A DNA stretch of 64,000 nt from Camelus dromedarius (taxonomy: Eukaryota). The stretch lies in assembly GCF_036321535.1 (NCBI RefSeq), contig NC_087436.1, positions 26,910,001-26,974,000 of the forward strand. The letters are read 5' to 3'. A program made the translations under genes and the position numbers. The stretch's first letter is position 1, and each line of letters begins with the position of its first letter. Under the pieces are notes generated by a model. It did no database searches, was not told the DNA's origin, and was given only the letters and a program-made list of their open reading frames with translations. Of this stretch, positions 27,270 to 40,686 are shown piece after piece.

Positions 27270-27490
27270 AATGAAATTAACCTTACTGAGTATCTAATGG
27301 GTCAGGGACTATACTAGATGCATTCACGTATTTAGTCATCAGAGTTATTCAAAATGTATTATGCTTTTAGTATTTAAGAATGAGGCAGACAGATTCAGAT
27401 AGTTTATGCAGGTCAAAGATTTCCTAATTTTCCAAGTTGGGAGCTAAATCCAGGGGTGGCTCCACTGCCTTTACCATACTGGTCTGACAT
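27270..27490 (-). mobile_element. MIR fragment
   Basis: tactgagtatct...cagggactatactagatgc...tgaggcagacagattcagata resembles antisense MIR. Confidence 0.5.
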
Positions 27491-27889
27491 CCAAAGCATT
27501 TATTTCTCTGCCAAGAGATTTATCTTCTTTTTGGTCCCAAGTCCACCAGTGTGCCTTTGATCACTGCCTAATCAGTAGGTGGCCACGAGGCTCACTGTCA
27601 TATGATGCCTTGCCTCTCCCACTAGATGCCTCTGTTTTATCAAACGTTTACACCTATCATCTTTTATTCTTGAAAAATCAGATATGATTTTCTGTGTTAC
27701 TAATAAACAGTATAATTGTTTTTAAGAATCCAATTATTACCAATCGACAGTGAAGTAAATAATTATAAAGTACTTAGAAAATTCCCTGACACTTCATAGG
27801 TTAACAATAAAAATATTCTTCCTATGCAATACTCAATATGTAATAAATTTAGGTTGAAATAAATACTTTTCTGCCCGCTAAATATAATC

Positions 27890-28063
27890 AATCACAGGAA
27901 GTAACAGGGCTTATCCATTTCAAATTTTGATATGATCTGGAGAGTAGGCAAATATTTTTTTTCTTGGCCCAACAGCTACTGTCTTTAGATACTATCCATT
28001 TTATTATAGCTCATCCTGCATATTTCAAATTTGAGTTTTACTGAGTCTTTAATTAAGAACGAG
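27890..28063 (+). repeat. Diverged local direct repeat, copy B
   Basis: See copy A; roughly two-thirds identity by eye. Confidence 0.7.
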
Positions 28064-28523
28064 AAACATCTGAGTGAAGTCTGAAGTCAAGCCTGAAAGA
28101 CAAGCATCACATTAAACTCAGATTTTCCCTTCTCTTATAAATTAGGGAATTGTTCTTTGACTGAATTTTTAAGTTATCTTTTATCAACAGGATAATCCCA
28201 ATATCTGCCCCGGGAGGAAACTGTTTTCTCAGACAAATAGACACCTATCTGGATGGAAGAGACATCCCAGGGTGGCCTCAATCTGCTGGACATGGTATCT
28301 CTTTGCCTAAATATCCATTTAAATCAAAGGCTCCTTGTATATTCAAGACCTAAATCTATACTTTTAAAGAATTAAAGAATTTTTAAATAAACTAGTCAAT
28401 TATTAACGTCCCTGCTATCACAAACAGTTCTTCAATCCTAAAATTTTGTTACTTCAAATTTTTAATATAGCCAGATACAGTGAAAGCAATAGAGTATTTC
28501 AAATGCATCATTTTAAAGAATCA

Positions 28524-28555
28524 TGTGTGTGTCTATATATGTGTGTGTGTATAGA

Positions 28556-28608
<53 letters not shown>
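28524..28608. repeat. (TG)/(TA) microsatellite with a perfect ~47-bp (TA)n tract
   Basis: Uninterrupted TA run at 28562-28608. Confidence 0.97.
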
Positions 28609-28611
<3 letters not shown>

Positions 28612-29829
28612 ATCTGATTTAATTCTACCTAGATTCAACTATAATCAAAGTGCAACTTTAAATCATGAGAGTTATCACTATAGATATGGGCACATCAGAG
28701 TGATTGCTCTGGCTCAGTTATTAAGGGAAACAGCACCTGCTCTAATTCAGAGAAGTATCAGGAAAGAGCAGAAAGAGGATCCACCAGGTGGTGGTAATTA
28801 GAACCTAAGCAAGGCAATCAGAAACTCAACTCAATGTAGGCTGTCTTCTAACCACAGAGAGATTGAGTTTATGGCAACACTGCCCAAGTCCCCACTTCTA
28901 CATTCAATCCCCCTATTTTGTTGATTTTTTTTTAACTTGCAAGGTGTTCTTACATTCCCTTTAATCAGATCTTTCATTTGTAGAAAGAGTGCAGGTAAAG
29001 AGCAACCCAGAGCATGTCTGAAAACCAAGAGAAATTTTTGCCAATTAAACTGAGTTTTTAAAATCTGCTCAATTTGGCCCCCGCCATATAACTCTTCTGT
29101 TATTCCTTCTCCATGTCGCCTGTCTCTTGGGGATATTTTTTAACCCTACCTGCCTTGTAAACTGCAATGATATCAGCGGATATAACCATCTTGGGAGCTG
29201 AACAGTTTTTCCAGTTGACTTCTGGCTTATTGCTGATCTGTCACAAGGGTGATTTTAAATCTCAAATATTCATAGTCTTTTTCCTCCAATCTGTGGATAT
29301 TTTGACAATGTAATTCTCACAAAAACTGCAGTCAGCTTATTAATGTTATTAAAATTAGCTTGAGGTGCTAATTATATATTATATTTATATATTCTTTACA
29401 GACATAACTCTTGTTTTTGTAATAGTTCCTTATTGTAAACATGCACCTCTTCCAACCTAACTATAGGTACCTCACGTGTATAAGATTTCACAGAAGAGCC
29501 ACATTTTCAAGCATATTTTCAATTTAAAAGATTTACTGGCTGCCTCAAACTTAACAGGGCATTTAATCTCTTCAGAGTTGCCATATATTGCACTCCCTGG
29601 TTAACAAACTCCAAGGCTCTGATATTTTTTGCTTATAAGATTTTTGAGGAATACTCTAGGAAACACCATCATTAAGGGATGTTTTAAAATCAAGTAAATA
29701 TTCTCCCAACCACAATAACTATCACTGTTGTCATTTTTGGTACTTCACTCATCCATCATCATAATAAAAAGCCTTCTCTTTTATGATGCATGCCATTTGG
29801 ATATGTATGCCATCATCTCCCCTTCTTAA

Positions 29830-30900
29830 TGCTTCCACCTATTGAACTTCTAGTTATAATACTGAGTTGAAACAAATACTTTGATAATTGGTCTCAAGTC
29901 TTCCTGTCCATTGCACAGTATGGCACCAGTATGTGTGGTATGTGTAGGACATGGCAAACTATGCCCTCTCAGTTGAATTCCTCTTCTCCTTGTCACCTCA
30001 TCCATCTGCTCCCATGGGTAAATTCTTAAAACAACTTCCTATTCTCAGTAAGTTAACTATATCATTTATATAAAATAGGAGACAGAAGCCATCACATAGG
30101 ATGTTCTCAACTTTTAACTACTAGATTATGAGATCTGTGGCATGTGTACCTGTCATATGCTTCCTCCCTTCTGTTAGAAAAAGAGGAATTGTTACTCTCC
30201 TAATACAAAAACAAATATTGTTTATGTACTACCCTTGTTCTACAATCAAGTTCGAACACACACAACCCTTACCTTTTCCTCTCCTTCACTGACAACACAC
30301 CTAACTATCTACTACACTTCTCCTCATATCATGCCAATAAACTTGTCTTTGGCCAATAGCCTCGATATCAATAAAGCCAAGATATGTTTACCTTTCTTAA
30401 ACTTTTTTTTTTTAACTCACAAGTGCATTTAACACTACCGTTCACTATTGTTTTTGGAAATACTATCTGTTCTTGAATTTTGTATTACCATGTTCTACTA
30501 CTTTCTCTCCTACCTTCTCAATCTACATTGTGTTTTCCTCTCTCGCTTCCCTGGCCATTAAATACTAAAATATTTCAATGACTGGTTCCAGGCCCTTTTC
30601 TCTGATTTCCCCATATGCTCCCTAAAGAAAATATAAAATACACTGAAACTTCACTACTTACGGATATTAAATTGCTAATAAAATATTTTTTATCTCTAGT
30701 CTAGACTTGGTATCTGAGTTTTAGTTGTATAAACCTGTCTTCTTAGTCACTCTATCAGAGTATTTCATAGTCCTTTTGTTTATCATTCTATCCCAGCCAA
30801 TACTGGCTCTCTTACAAAGTGTTCTATGTCACTGAATTTTACTATTATGCATGCTGTTATGTGTAGTTTTACCCTTAGAATGATCTTTCCCTTATGTTAT
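29830..30900 (+). mobile_element. Highly degenerate L2 fragment
   Basis: Pyrimidine-rich tract with gcatttaacact...tttttggaaatactatc...ttctctcctacctt and tatctctagtctagac L2 motifs. Confidence 0.6.
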
Positions 30901-31356
30901 TTACCACTTTAAATTTTACATTATGCACCTGCTTCCCCTAACCTGCTCCTTAATCCCTCGATTTTTCCAAGAACAAAGCAATCCTGAACAAGACATCATA
31001 CATAAGATCTTCACACATACTGCTTCTCTTCCTGAAGTGCTAACTTTCACTTTTTCTCCAGAGCCCAGGTCCACTTTAATCATCTTTACAAATGTCAACT
31101 TATCAATTGATTCAGGGGTTAGAGGTGATTTAAGGGATGGTACAACCAGGAACCCCCATGTCACAATTATTTTTTTGGTACAATAAGTATGCTCCATAGT
31201 TGCATTACCTAACAGGAGGCCTGGGTCGGCTCTGTCCTTATTATCTCTGGGCATGACTGGAAGTCTGAGAGTCACTCTTCGTGAATATAAAGATAAGATG
31301 TGCTAGCCAGTAATTTATAATGATGTTTAATGTTCAACACTTCCCTTGAGACAGCC

Positions 31357-31604
31357 TGTACTGGATTATCTACATTGTTTGCAGAGGTATAAATTGATGG
31401 TCTGCACCTCGTTTAACTAGTTACACAGCCTGGCTTTAAGCAGTATGAACAGTGAGGTATAAAAGACCCCTCAATGGATTTGTACTGGATTATCTACATT
31501 GTTTACAGAGGTATAAATTGATGCTCTGCACCTCGTTTAACTAGTTACACAGCCTGGCTTTAAGCAGTATGACCAGTGAGGTGCAAAAGACCCCTCAATG
31601 GATT
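31357..31604 (+). repeat. Tandem duplication, 2 x 124 bp
   Basis: 31357-31480 versus 31481-31604: 5 mismatches, no indels. Confidence 0.97.
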
Positions 31605-34600
31605 TGAGTCTTGGCTCCCCTGAAACTAAGACAAGTGGCACAGATTTCAGTAGTTAATTGTCTAAAACATAAAGTGTGTCCTCTACCACTGTAGAAGGAC
31701 CTTGGAGCTCTACTTGGAGATTTTTACACCACTCCAAGTATCTGTACTCTCTCCTGTTGGCTGTATCCACTGGTATTATTAAAGTCATACTGGAATACAT
31801 CCCATGAGGTTTTAAGGATCCTGTCTTTTATTAAAACTCTGTAAACAACTCAAAATTGTACCCTAAAAAATTGAGATAATATTTCATCCTAAATTGAAAA
31901 ATATTCCTTTATGTTGGTACAAGATCAAGAGTTAACTCAAAACTGATACTTACTATAAATAGGAAAACAATCATTACTGAAATCCTATTTTATCAAGATT
32001 ATTTGAATATCTCCTAGTAATATACTAGATGAAGTAAACAAAAAATTTATAAGAGCTAATTCCTAACCTTGAAGAAGACTAAACTTACTATATAATGCTT
32101 CCCTGTTATATTCCAGGGGTTATGATACTCACTGAAATGCATGTTAATGATGTGAGAGATAAACATTGCCTTTTTCATATGTAATATTTGGAGGGTAACC
32201 TAATTACTTAATTCATTATAATAGTATCATCATATATTTCTTGATTTTCTGCAAATATCATGATATAATAGGTATATATATGCATATATCTGTGCTAGTG
32301 TTGTAATATAAACGGTACAATTTTAATCCTTTCAAACTCCATGTACTTATAATTTCACCTCAATGTACCTATGATAAAAACAATCAAAAAGTAAAGAACA
32401 ATGCATGCACAATGATATTTAGCACACTTTTACTAAAATAGAAGCAACTGAAGTATAGAATAAAAGTCAACTTGTTAGGTATGTCACAGTTCATTTCTAT
32501 GATGAAATAAGCATTTATTTAAAATAATAGCATAAAAAACTAATGACAAAATTTCTATAATAAATGAGATGATGAAAAAGTGCTGACTGAAGAAAGGTCA
32601 GTGACTTCACACAATTTAAAATATGTATGCTTTTTATTTAAAAGCCTGAATAAGTATATAAAATATATATAATATTTATGCCTGGTGCTGGGGTTACATG
32701 ATTTTAATACCTTATGTAAATATATGCATTTAGAAATTTTATCTACTATACATATATTACTTCTACAACTGAAAAATAATATTTCAAAACATACAATGGA
32801 AAAGAAAATTTAAGTTTTTTTTTTAAAGAGAAAGAATTGTAGCTTTCAAAATTTCTGTATCTATGATGAGGTTTAATAAGTAATTTTACATGTGATATAT
32901 TTAATAGATAATTCTTTTCTCTATATTTTCTTTAAAGATCTTCAGCACTATTGGAAAGTTTAATTACAGCAAAACTTATAATAGGTAATTTTGGGAAGAA
33001 AAAAGGACTGTACTATTCTAAAACTTAATATTTATGTACGATATTATAGCTTATGTAAAATACTGATCAACTGGTCATATTTTTAATTTGTGTGGAATGG
33101 GACATTTTATGACTCTTTACATTTTTCAAAAGTATGATATGTATACATTTAATTTTTAATTGCTCTATAGACTTAATAATTCCCTTCTCTGAAATATAGT
33201 CAGCAGCCTTGCAAAGAGATATTTCATTAATTAAATTATTAGTTACTCTAATTCAAAAATTATTCAAGAAGTATTTGTGAAAACTCAAATCATAAGTGGG
33301 AAATTATTAGCAGTATATATACTCTGAACTTGGTCTCTTTATAAACATTTGGATGGCTGTTGATGTTTCCTCCCACTCTGTGTTCATCTGAAGAGACAGA
33401 AAATTACTGCTGCCAAGAAAATAATCCATTTTCATTGAGCCTTCCTTATTTCCCCTGTGTCTGTGAAATATATTCTGAAAATCTAAAACAATGTTTTATG
33501 CAAAAGTAAAGTATGAATGTTGTTGATTTGATTGCTTAATGTGATGCCTCTACAAAGGGACAAATAAATAATATTCTGCAACACAAGACTCATGGACAAA
33601 GTAGAAATACAAGTTTCTTATCTATTTCTTTTTGAGGCTAAAAAAATTAAGTTTACTTATCCTATAATCCAGTGGAGGTTTGCCTTTGCCAACATTTATT
33701 GTATATAGCTATATTTTTAATGTTAAGTCTCCTTTCAGTGGTTCTGTAATTTATCAACCTAATGATCATCAGGCATACTCCATAGTTTGTGTGCAATGGG
33801 AATGTGTAATAGTTAATCCAGTATTCTATAAACAAAATATTCTACTTTTTCCCAAACCACACTACAATTTTAAACAATATGATCAGAAGGAATAGAACAC
33901 AATAAAATAATAACTTTAAGATACTAATGAAATTTTAATTACACCATTAAGAATTATTTTGCAGGAAGCTTTCTAGTTTAATCGGTCAATCAAATTATTA
34001 AAAAAAAACAATAAGGAAATTGAAATTTACTTATGCTCACTATGTTGCACATAATTCCTTAAAAGTTAAAAAGCTTTTCCAGGTAGATTTAATGTATAGA
34101 TGCTTGTATATATGTATCTTTATGCATATGGATTCATTATGCAATATAGATTATCTTTAACTAAATTATACTAATCAATAGCAAATATTGTTTTTTTGTA
34201 TTGCATAATCTATTAGGACTATATTAAGACTTTAGTCAAGTGAATTACAAAAGGTATGGTTTAAAATACTTACACAATAATTTATGTTGTATTATTCAAT
34301 ACAAAAATCTCATCATATCTTGAAAACTTAAAACACTGCATAAATACATACACACAAACACATACACAAATAAACATCCTAAATTTTTTCTGTTGATCTA
34401 ATTACATGAATATAATTTTAAATATTTTTACTATAAACATAGTCTCAAGAAGCACTATAGGGCTAAAAGTTGGAAAACAAAATGTACTGTGTACATGAAG
34501 CTAGTTACAAATTTTAGAGCAGCAGTGATTAAAGCATGTTTCTCAGAACATAAACCCCCTGAGATGTACTTAGAAAAATACAGTCTTAACATCAAATGCT

Positions 34601-36906
34601 TTGGAGACATGTTGCACAGAATAGAAGTGAATAAGAATGCAGACCATCATATTAAACATGTATCAAAGATATTTAGGAGGTGTGATCACTATAGTTTTGT
34701 GCTCAGATGGTTGGTTTGAGCAAAACAACAACAATAACAACACACACACAGACACAAATCCTTGACTATGAATGGAGAATAGCTGAGATAAATGCTAGAG
34801 TGGAGGGTAAGGAAAGATTGGAAGGTCAGGATAAAACGCATTCTTTAGAAAACAAATATTCTTGAACATTGCTTTATATCAAATCCAGAAGTAGGTAACT
34901 AAATCAGACATGTTGACATTATTCACATCATTAAAACTCATACATAGATTAAATACTATTAGAAACACAAATTATCTCAGTTCCCAATCTAGCTTTGGTA
35001 AAATTTAAAATTATATTATCATATTAAATTTACTTTGGGATTAAATGGCTAGCCACAAAAATAATGGACACAACAGAGACACTTACTATATCTAGACTTC
35101 ATCCAATTTCCTCTATCTAAATGTTCATGGCACTGATAATTGCTTTAACAAATCTTATTCAATTATAGTAAATGTAGACTAATATCTCAAGGTGACATTA
35201 TAAAGGGATTACCTTAGCAATCACTGTTGACATTATAAAATTATTATAGATAAAAGACAATGGGCACATTTAGAAGAACAAAATACTTTCATATATTTTT
35301 CTTAACCAAGATTACAGTAACTCATTCATGGATACAATAAAGGAAAAAAACGGTAAAATTTGTAAATTAAAAAAATTAGGAAACCAGGTTGTCTTAGGAA
35401 AACAAGGAAAGAAAGGTAAATCAGAGATCTGTATTGTTCCCAGTGGCCAACTTGTCTGGAGCCAATCCTCCCAAGGAGTTCTAGTATTAAAAATGCTTCT
35501 TGGGATTTAGTATAGAGCTTTGCATATTATAAGAAGTATAAAATTTTAGCTACATAAACATTTTGCCAAAATCAGGCAGAACCAGGAACCAAACAATTTA
35601 ATAAGCTCCTATGGCAGAAACATTCTCAGCTATATAAAACTTGGGGGTAATAAATTGAAAACTGCCCCTCCTCCAGAGACTACCTTGTCTCTGATCTCTT
35701 GCTAATCCTGGAAGAACAGAAATAGTAAATACATGTGTTTTAACAATGTACCAAAGTTGTTTGCTCCTGAGTACATCCGCGAACATGGAATTATTCTGCC
35801 ATAATAATTGTTAATAAAATATTTTAAAAAATAGAACAAGCAGAGTGAAAGTAAGACCTTGAGACACATAAAGAAGGCCATGGAGGTTTTTCCTGTCTTT
35901 ACACTCATCCTCCCTATTCACAGTTCTGATCCTGTTGTTAGAACATGACTCTTCCTCTCACTTCAAACTTCCTGAATGAAAGGATAACCTTTTCTCATTT
36001 CAGCACCTCTGTCACCTAAAATAGTAACTCACACATTGAAAACAATAAATGGATGTTTGTCAAATCAGGCAGAAGTGTAGGAAGTTTCAAAAATACTAGG
36101 AATGATTTAGGAACGAACAATGAGATTCAGGATGAGTTAAGATAAAGGAAAATCTAGTGTGAATTGTGATGCACAATGTGAATATAAAGTTTTTAGTGTT
36201 AATGTAATACATATTTCAAACATCCAAAATCTAAACAGAGAAACTGCTCATTTGTCATAAATGGTAAGTTTGCTATAAAACCGTAAAATTCGTGGAAGAC
36301 CTTGCATCTGTCTGATCATAGTCTCCTAATTTTATAAAAAGTATATCCTATTGTGTATGTATGTGTAGAAAAAACCTCTCCTAACCTTTTTGTATGTCTC
36401 CTTATTTATATACAAATCATGAGAGCATTTTAACCTTCCTATGTAATACTTGGTAATCTATGTCTTCGTGTTTAACCTATATTTTAAAATATTTGACTAT
36501 AAATCAATTGAATAGCCAACATCTTAAAAAGATGTTTTCAATATTCACCAAAACAAAAAAATACGGTGCACCTTCTAAAATAAAATGCTTCTTAGTAACT
36601 TTTAAAAAAATTAAAAAATATTGTTTTCATTCCCCATATTTTTTCAAAATACCAATGTGTGAATATTACATTCTACAACAAAGATAAAAACAAATAATAT
36701 AAATACTGATATAAACATTTTATATGTTAAATCTAAATAATATGATTTTCACATTAAATAGATGTTAAATAAATTTTAAATGAAAATAAATTAAGTAAAA
36801 TAAATAAAAATAAACTAAAAATTTAAATTAAGTAAAAATAAAACTATTTTTAAGAAGACAAATCACTGATTAATAAGCCTAAATATTAATTTGAGATTCT
36901 CTTTTT

Positions 36907-39900
36907 TCAAATTTTTTTTTATTTTTTATTGATTTATAATCATTTTACAATGTTGTGTCAAATTCCAGTGTTCAGCACAATTTTTCAGTCATTCATGGAC
37001 ATATACACACTCATTGCCACATTTTTTCTCTGTGAGTTATCATAACATTTTGTGTATATTTCCCTGTGCTATACAGTGTAATCTTGTTTATCTATTCTAC
37101 AAATTTGAAATCCCAGTCTGTCCCTTCCCACCCTCCTCCCCCTGGTAACCACAAGTCTGTATTCTCTGTCTGTGAGTCTATTTCTGTCCTGTATTTACAC
37201 TTTGTTGTTGTTTGTTTGTTTGCTTTTGTTTTTTAGATTCCACATATGAGCGATCTCATATGGTATTTTTCTTTCTCTTTCTGGCTTACTTCACTTAGAA
37301 TGACATTCTCCAGGAGCATCCATGTTGCTGCAAATGGCATTATGTTGTTGGTTTTTATGGCTGAGTAGTATTCCATTGTATAAATATACCACCTCTTCTT
37401 TATCCAGTCACCTGTTGATGGACATTTAGGCTGTTTCCATGTTTTGGCTATTGTAAATAGTGCTGCTATGAACATTGGGGTGCAGGTGTCATCCTGAAGT
37501 AGATTTCCTTCTGGATATAAGCCCAGGAGTGGGATTCCTGGGTCATATGGTAAGTCTATTCCTAGTCTTTTGAGGAATCTCCACACTGTTTTCCATAGTG
37601 GCTGCACCAAACTGCATTCCCACCAGCAGTGTAGGAGGGTACCCCTTTCTCCACAGCCTCTCCAGGATTTGTCATTTGTGGATTTTTGAATGACGGCCAT
37701 TCTGACTGGTGTGAGGTGATACCTCATTGTAGTTTTGATTTGCATTTCTCTGATAATTAGTGATATTGAGCATTTTTTCATGTGCTTTTTGATCATTTGT
37801 ATGTCTTCCTTGGAGAATTGTTTGTTTAGGTCTTCTGCCCATTTTTGGATTGGGTTGTTTATTTTTTTCTTATTGAGTCGTATGAGCTGCTTATATATTC
37901 TGGAGATCAAGCCTTTGTCGGTTTCACTTGCAAAAATTTTCTCCCATTCTGTAGGTTTTCTTCTTGTTTTACTTCTGGTTTCCTTTGCTGTGCAGAAGCT
38001 TGTAAGTTTCATTAGGTCCCAATTGTTTATTCTTGCTTTTATTTCTTCTAGGAGAAAATTTTTGAAATGTATGTCAGATAATGTTTTGCCTATGTTTTCC
38101 TCTAGGTTTATTGTATCTTGTCTTATGTTTAAGTCTTTAATCCATTTTGAGTTGATTTTTGTATATGGTGTAAGGGAGTGTTCTAGCTTCATTGTTTTAC
38201 ATGCTGCTGTCCAGTTTTCCCAACACCATTTGCTGAAGACACTGTCTTTATTCCACTGTATATTCTTGCCTCCTTTGTCAAAGATGAGTTGACCAAAAGT
38301 TTGTGGGTTCATTTCTGGGCTCTCTATTCTGTTCCATTGGTCTATATGTCTGTTTTGGTACCAATACCATGCTGTCTTGATGACTGTAGCTCTATAGTAT
38401 TGTCTGAAGTCTGGGAGAGTTATTCCTCCAGCCTCTTTCTTTCTCTTCAGTAATGCTTTGGCAATTCTAGGTCTTTGATGGTTCCATATAAATTTTATTA
38501 TGATTTGTTCTAGTTCTGTGAAATATGTCCTGGGTAATTGAATAGGGATTGCATTAAATCTGTAGATTGCCTTGGGCAGTGTGACCATTTTAACAATATT
38601 GATTCTTCCAATCCAAGAGCATGGAATATCTTTCCATTTTTTAAAGTCTTCTTTAATTTCCTTCATCAATGGTTTATAGTTTTCTGTGTATAATTCTTTC
38701 ACCTCCTTGGTTAGATGTATTCCCAGATATTTTATTACTTTGGGTGCTATTTTAAAGGGGATTGTTTCTTTACTTTCTTCTTCTGTTGATTTATCGTTAG
38801 TGTAAAGAAATGCAACTGATTTTTGAACGTTAATTTTGTAACCTGCTATCTTGCTGAATTCTTCAATCAGCTCTAGTAGCTTTTGTGTGGACCTTTTAGG
38901 GTTTTCTATATATAGTAACATGTCATCAGCATATAATGACACTTTTACCTCTTCTTTTCCAATTTGGATCCCTTTTATTTCTTTCTCTTGCCTGACTGCT
39001 GTGGCTAGGACTTCCAGGACTATGTTGAATAGGAGTGGTGATAGTGGGCATCCTTGTCTTGTCCCAGATTTTAGTGGGAAGCTTTTGAGTTTTTCACCGT
39101 TGAGTACTATGCTGGCTGTAGGTTTGTCATATATAGCTTTTATTATGTTGAGATATGTTCCCTCTATACCCACTTTGGCGAGAGTTTTTATCATAAATGG
39201 GTGTTGAATTTTATCAAATGCTTTTTCTGCATCTATTGAGATGATCATGTGGTTTTTGTCCTTTTTCTTGTTGATGTGATGTATTACATTGATTGATTTG
39301 CATATGTTGAACCAGCCTTTTGTCCCTGGGATGAACCCCACTTGGTCATGATGTATAATCTTTTTTATGTGTTGTAGGATTCTATTTGCTAAAATTTTGG
39401 TGAGGATTTTGGCGTCTATGTTCATCAGTGATATTGGCCTATAATTCTCTTTTTTTGTAGAGTCTTTGCCTGGTTTTGGTATCAGGGTGATGGTGGCTTC
39501 ATAGAATGAGTTTGAGAGTATTCCCTCCTTTTCAATCATCTGGAAGAGTTTGAGAAGGACTGGTATGAGTTCTTCTTTGTATGTTTGGTAGAATTCCCCG
39601 GTGAAGCCGTCCGGTCCTGGACTTTTATTTGTAGGGAGGTTTTTAATTGCTATTTCTATTTCCTTTCTAGTGATCGGATTGTTCAAGTGTTCAGTTTCTT
39701 CTTGATTCAGTTTTGGTGGACAGTATGTTTCCAGAAACTTGTCCATCTCCTCTAGGTTATCCAGTTTGGTTCCATATAGTTTTTCATAATATTCTCGTAT
39801 GATATTCTGTATTTCTATTTTATGTGTTGTAATTTCTCCATTTTCCTTTCTTATTTTGCTAATTTGTGCTCTCTCTTTTTTCTTCTTTGTGAGTTTGGCC

Positions 39901-40686
39901 AGAGGTTTGTCGATTTTATTTACTTTTTCAAAAAACCAGCTTTTGGTTTGGTTGATTTTTTTCTGTGGTCTTGTTAATCTCTATTGTATTTAATTCCTCT
40001 CTGATCTTTATTATTTCCTTCCTTCTGCTGCTTTTTGGGGCTTTTTGTTCTTCTTTTTCTAATTCATTCAGGTGGTGGGTTAAATTGTTTATTTGAGATC
40101 GTTCTTCTTTTTTGAGGAAGGCCTGTATCGCTATAAACTCCCCTCTTAGCACTGCCTTTGCTGTGTCCCATAGGTTTTGAGTGGTTGTGCTTTCATTATC
40201 ATTTGTCTCAAGGTATTTTTTAATTTCAGCTTTGATTTCCTCATTGATCCATTGTTTTTTCAATAACATATTGTTTAATCTCCATGCTTTCCTTTTTTTC
40301 TCCTTTGTTTCTCTGTTGTTGATTTCCAGTTTCATGGCATTGTGGTCAGTAAAGATGCTTGAGACAATTTCTATCTTCTTAAAATTGTTGAGGTTTCTTT
40401 TGTGCCCAAGTACATGATCGATCCTGGAAAATGTTCCATGTGCACTTGAAAAGAATGTATATCCTATTTTTGGGGGGTGTAATGCTCTGAAAATATCCAC
40501 CAAATCTAGTTTTTCTATTGTAGTATTTAATTTCTCTGTTGCCTTGTTTATTTTCTGTCTGGAAGATCTGTCTAGTGATGTTAATGCAGTGTTAAAATCT
40601 CCAACTATGATTGTATTCCCATCAATATCCCCCTTTATCTCTGTTAGTAATTCTTGTATGTACTTAGGTGCTCCTATCAAATTTTT
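36907..40686 (-). mobile_element. Young 5'-truncated LINE-1 (~3.76 kb) with A-rich tail and candidate TSD
   Basis: ORF2 homology 37233-40677, 3'UTR to ~36930, T-rich tail on +; tcaaattttt at both 36907-36916 and 40677-40686. Confidence 0.97.
37233..40677 (-). pseudogene. ORF2: L1 ORF2 (partial endonuclease, complete reverse transcriptase, C-terminal domain), 5'-truncated with one +1 frameshift at ~39956-39962
   Basis: GAPKYI, GDFN, RIDH, TDH endonuclease motifs in the 39928-40806 ORF; YRPISL, QGCPLSP, YADD, YLG and HCWWEC in the 837-aa ORF; 39747-39955 is open in the downstream frame. Confidence 0.95.

Noticed and set aside
30230..30430. C/A-rich stretch resembling a mitochondrial insertion
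   Set aside because: No recognisable mitochondrial gene; it sits within a degenerate L2.
31357..31604. CRISPR-like or other prokaryotic array
   Set aside because: Only two adjacent long units with no spacers, and the whole window is clearly mammalian.
37735..40417. Plus-strand ORFs of 64-185 aa
   Set aside because: Antisense shadows of L1 ORF2; similar peptides recur opposite the other L1 copies.
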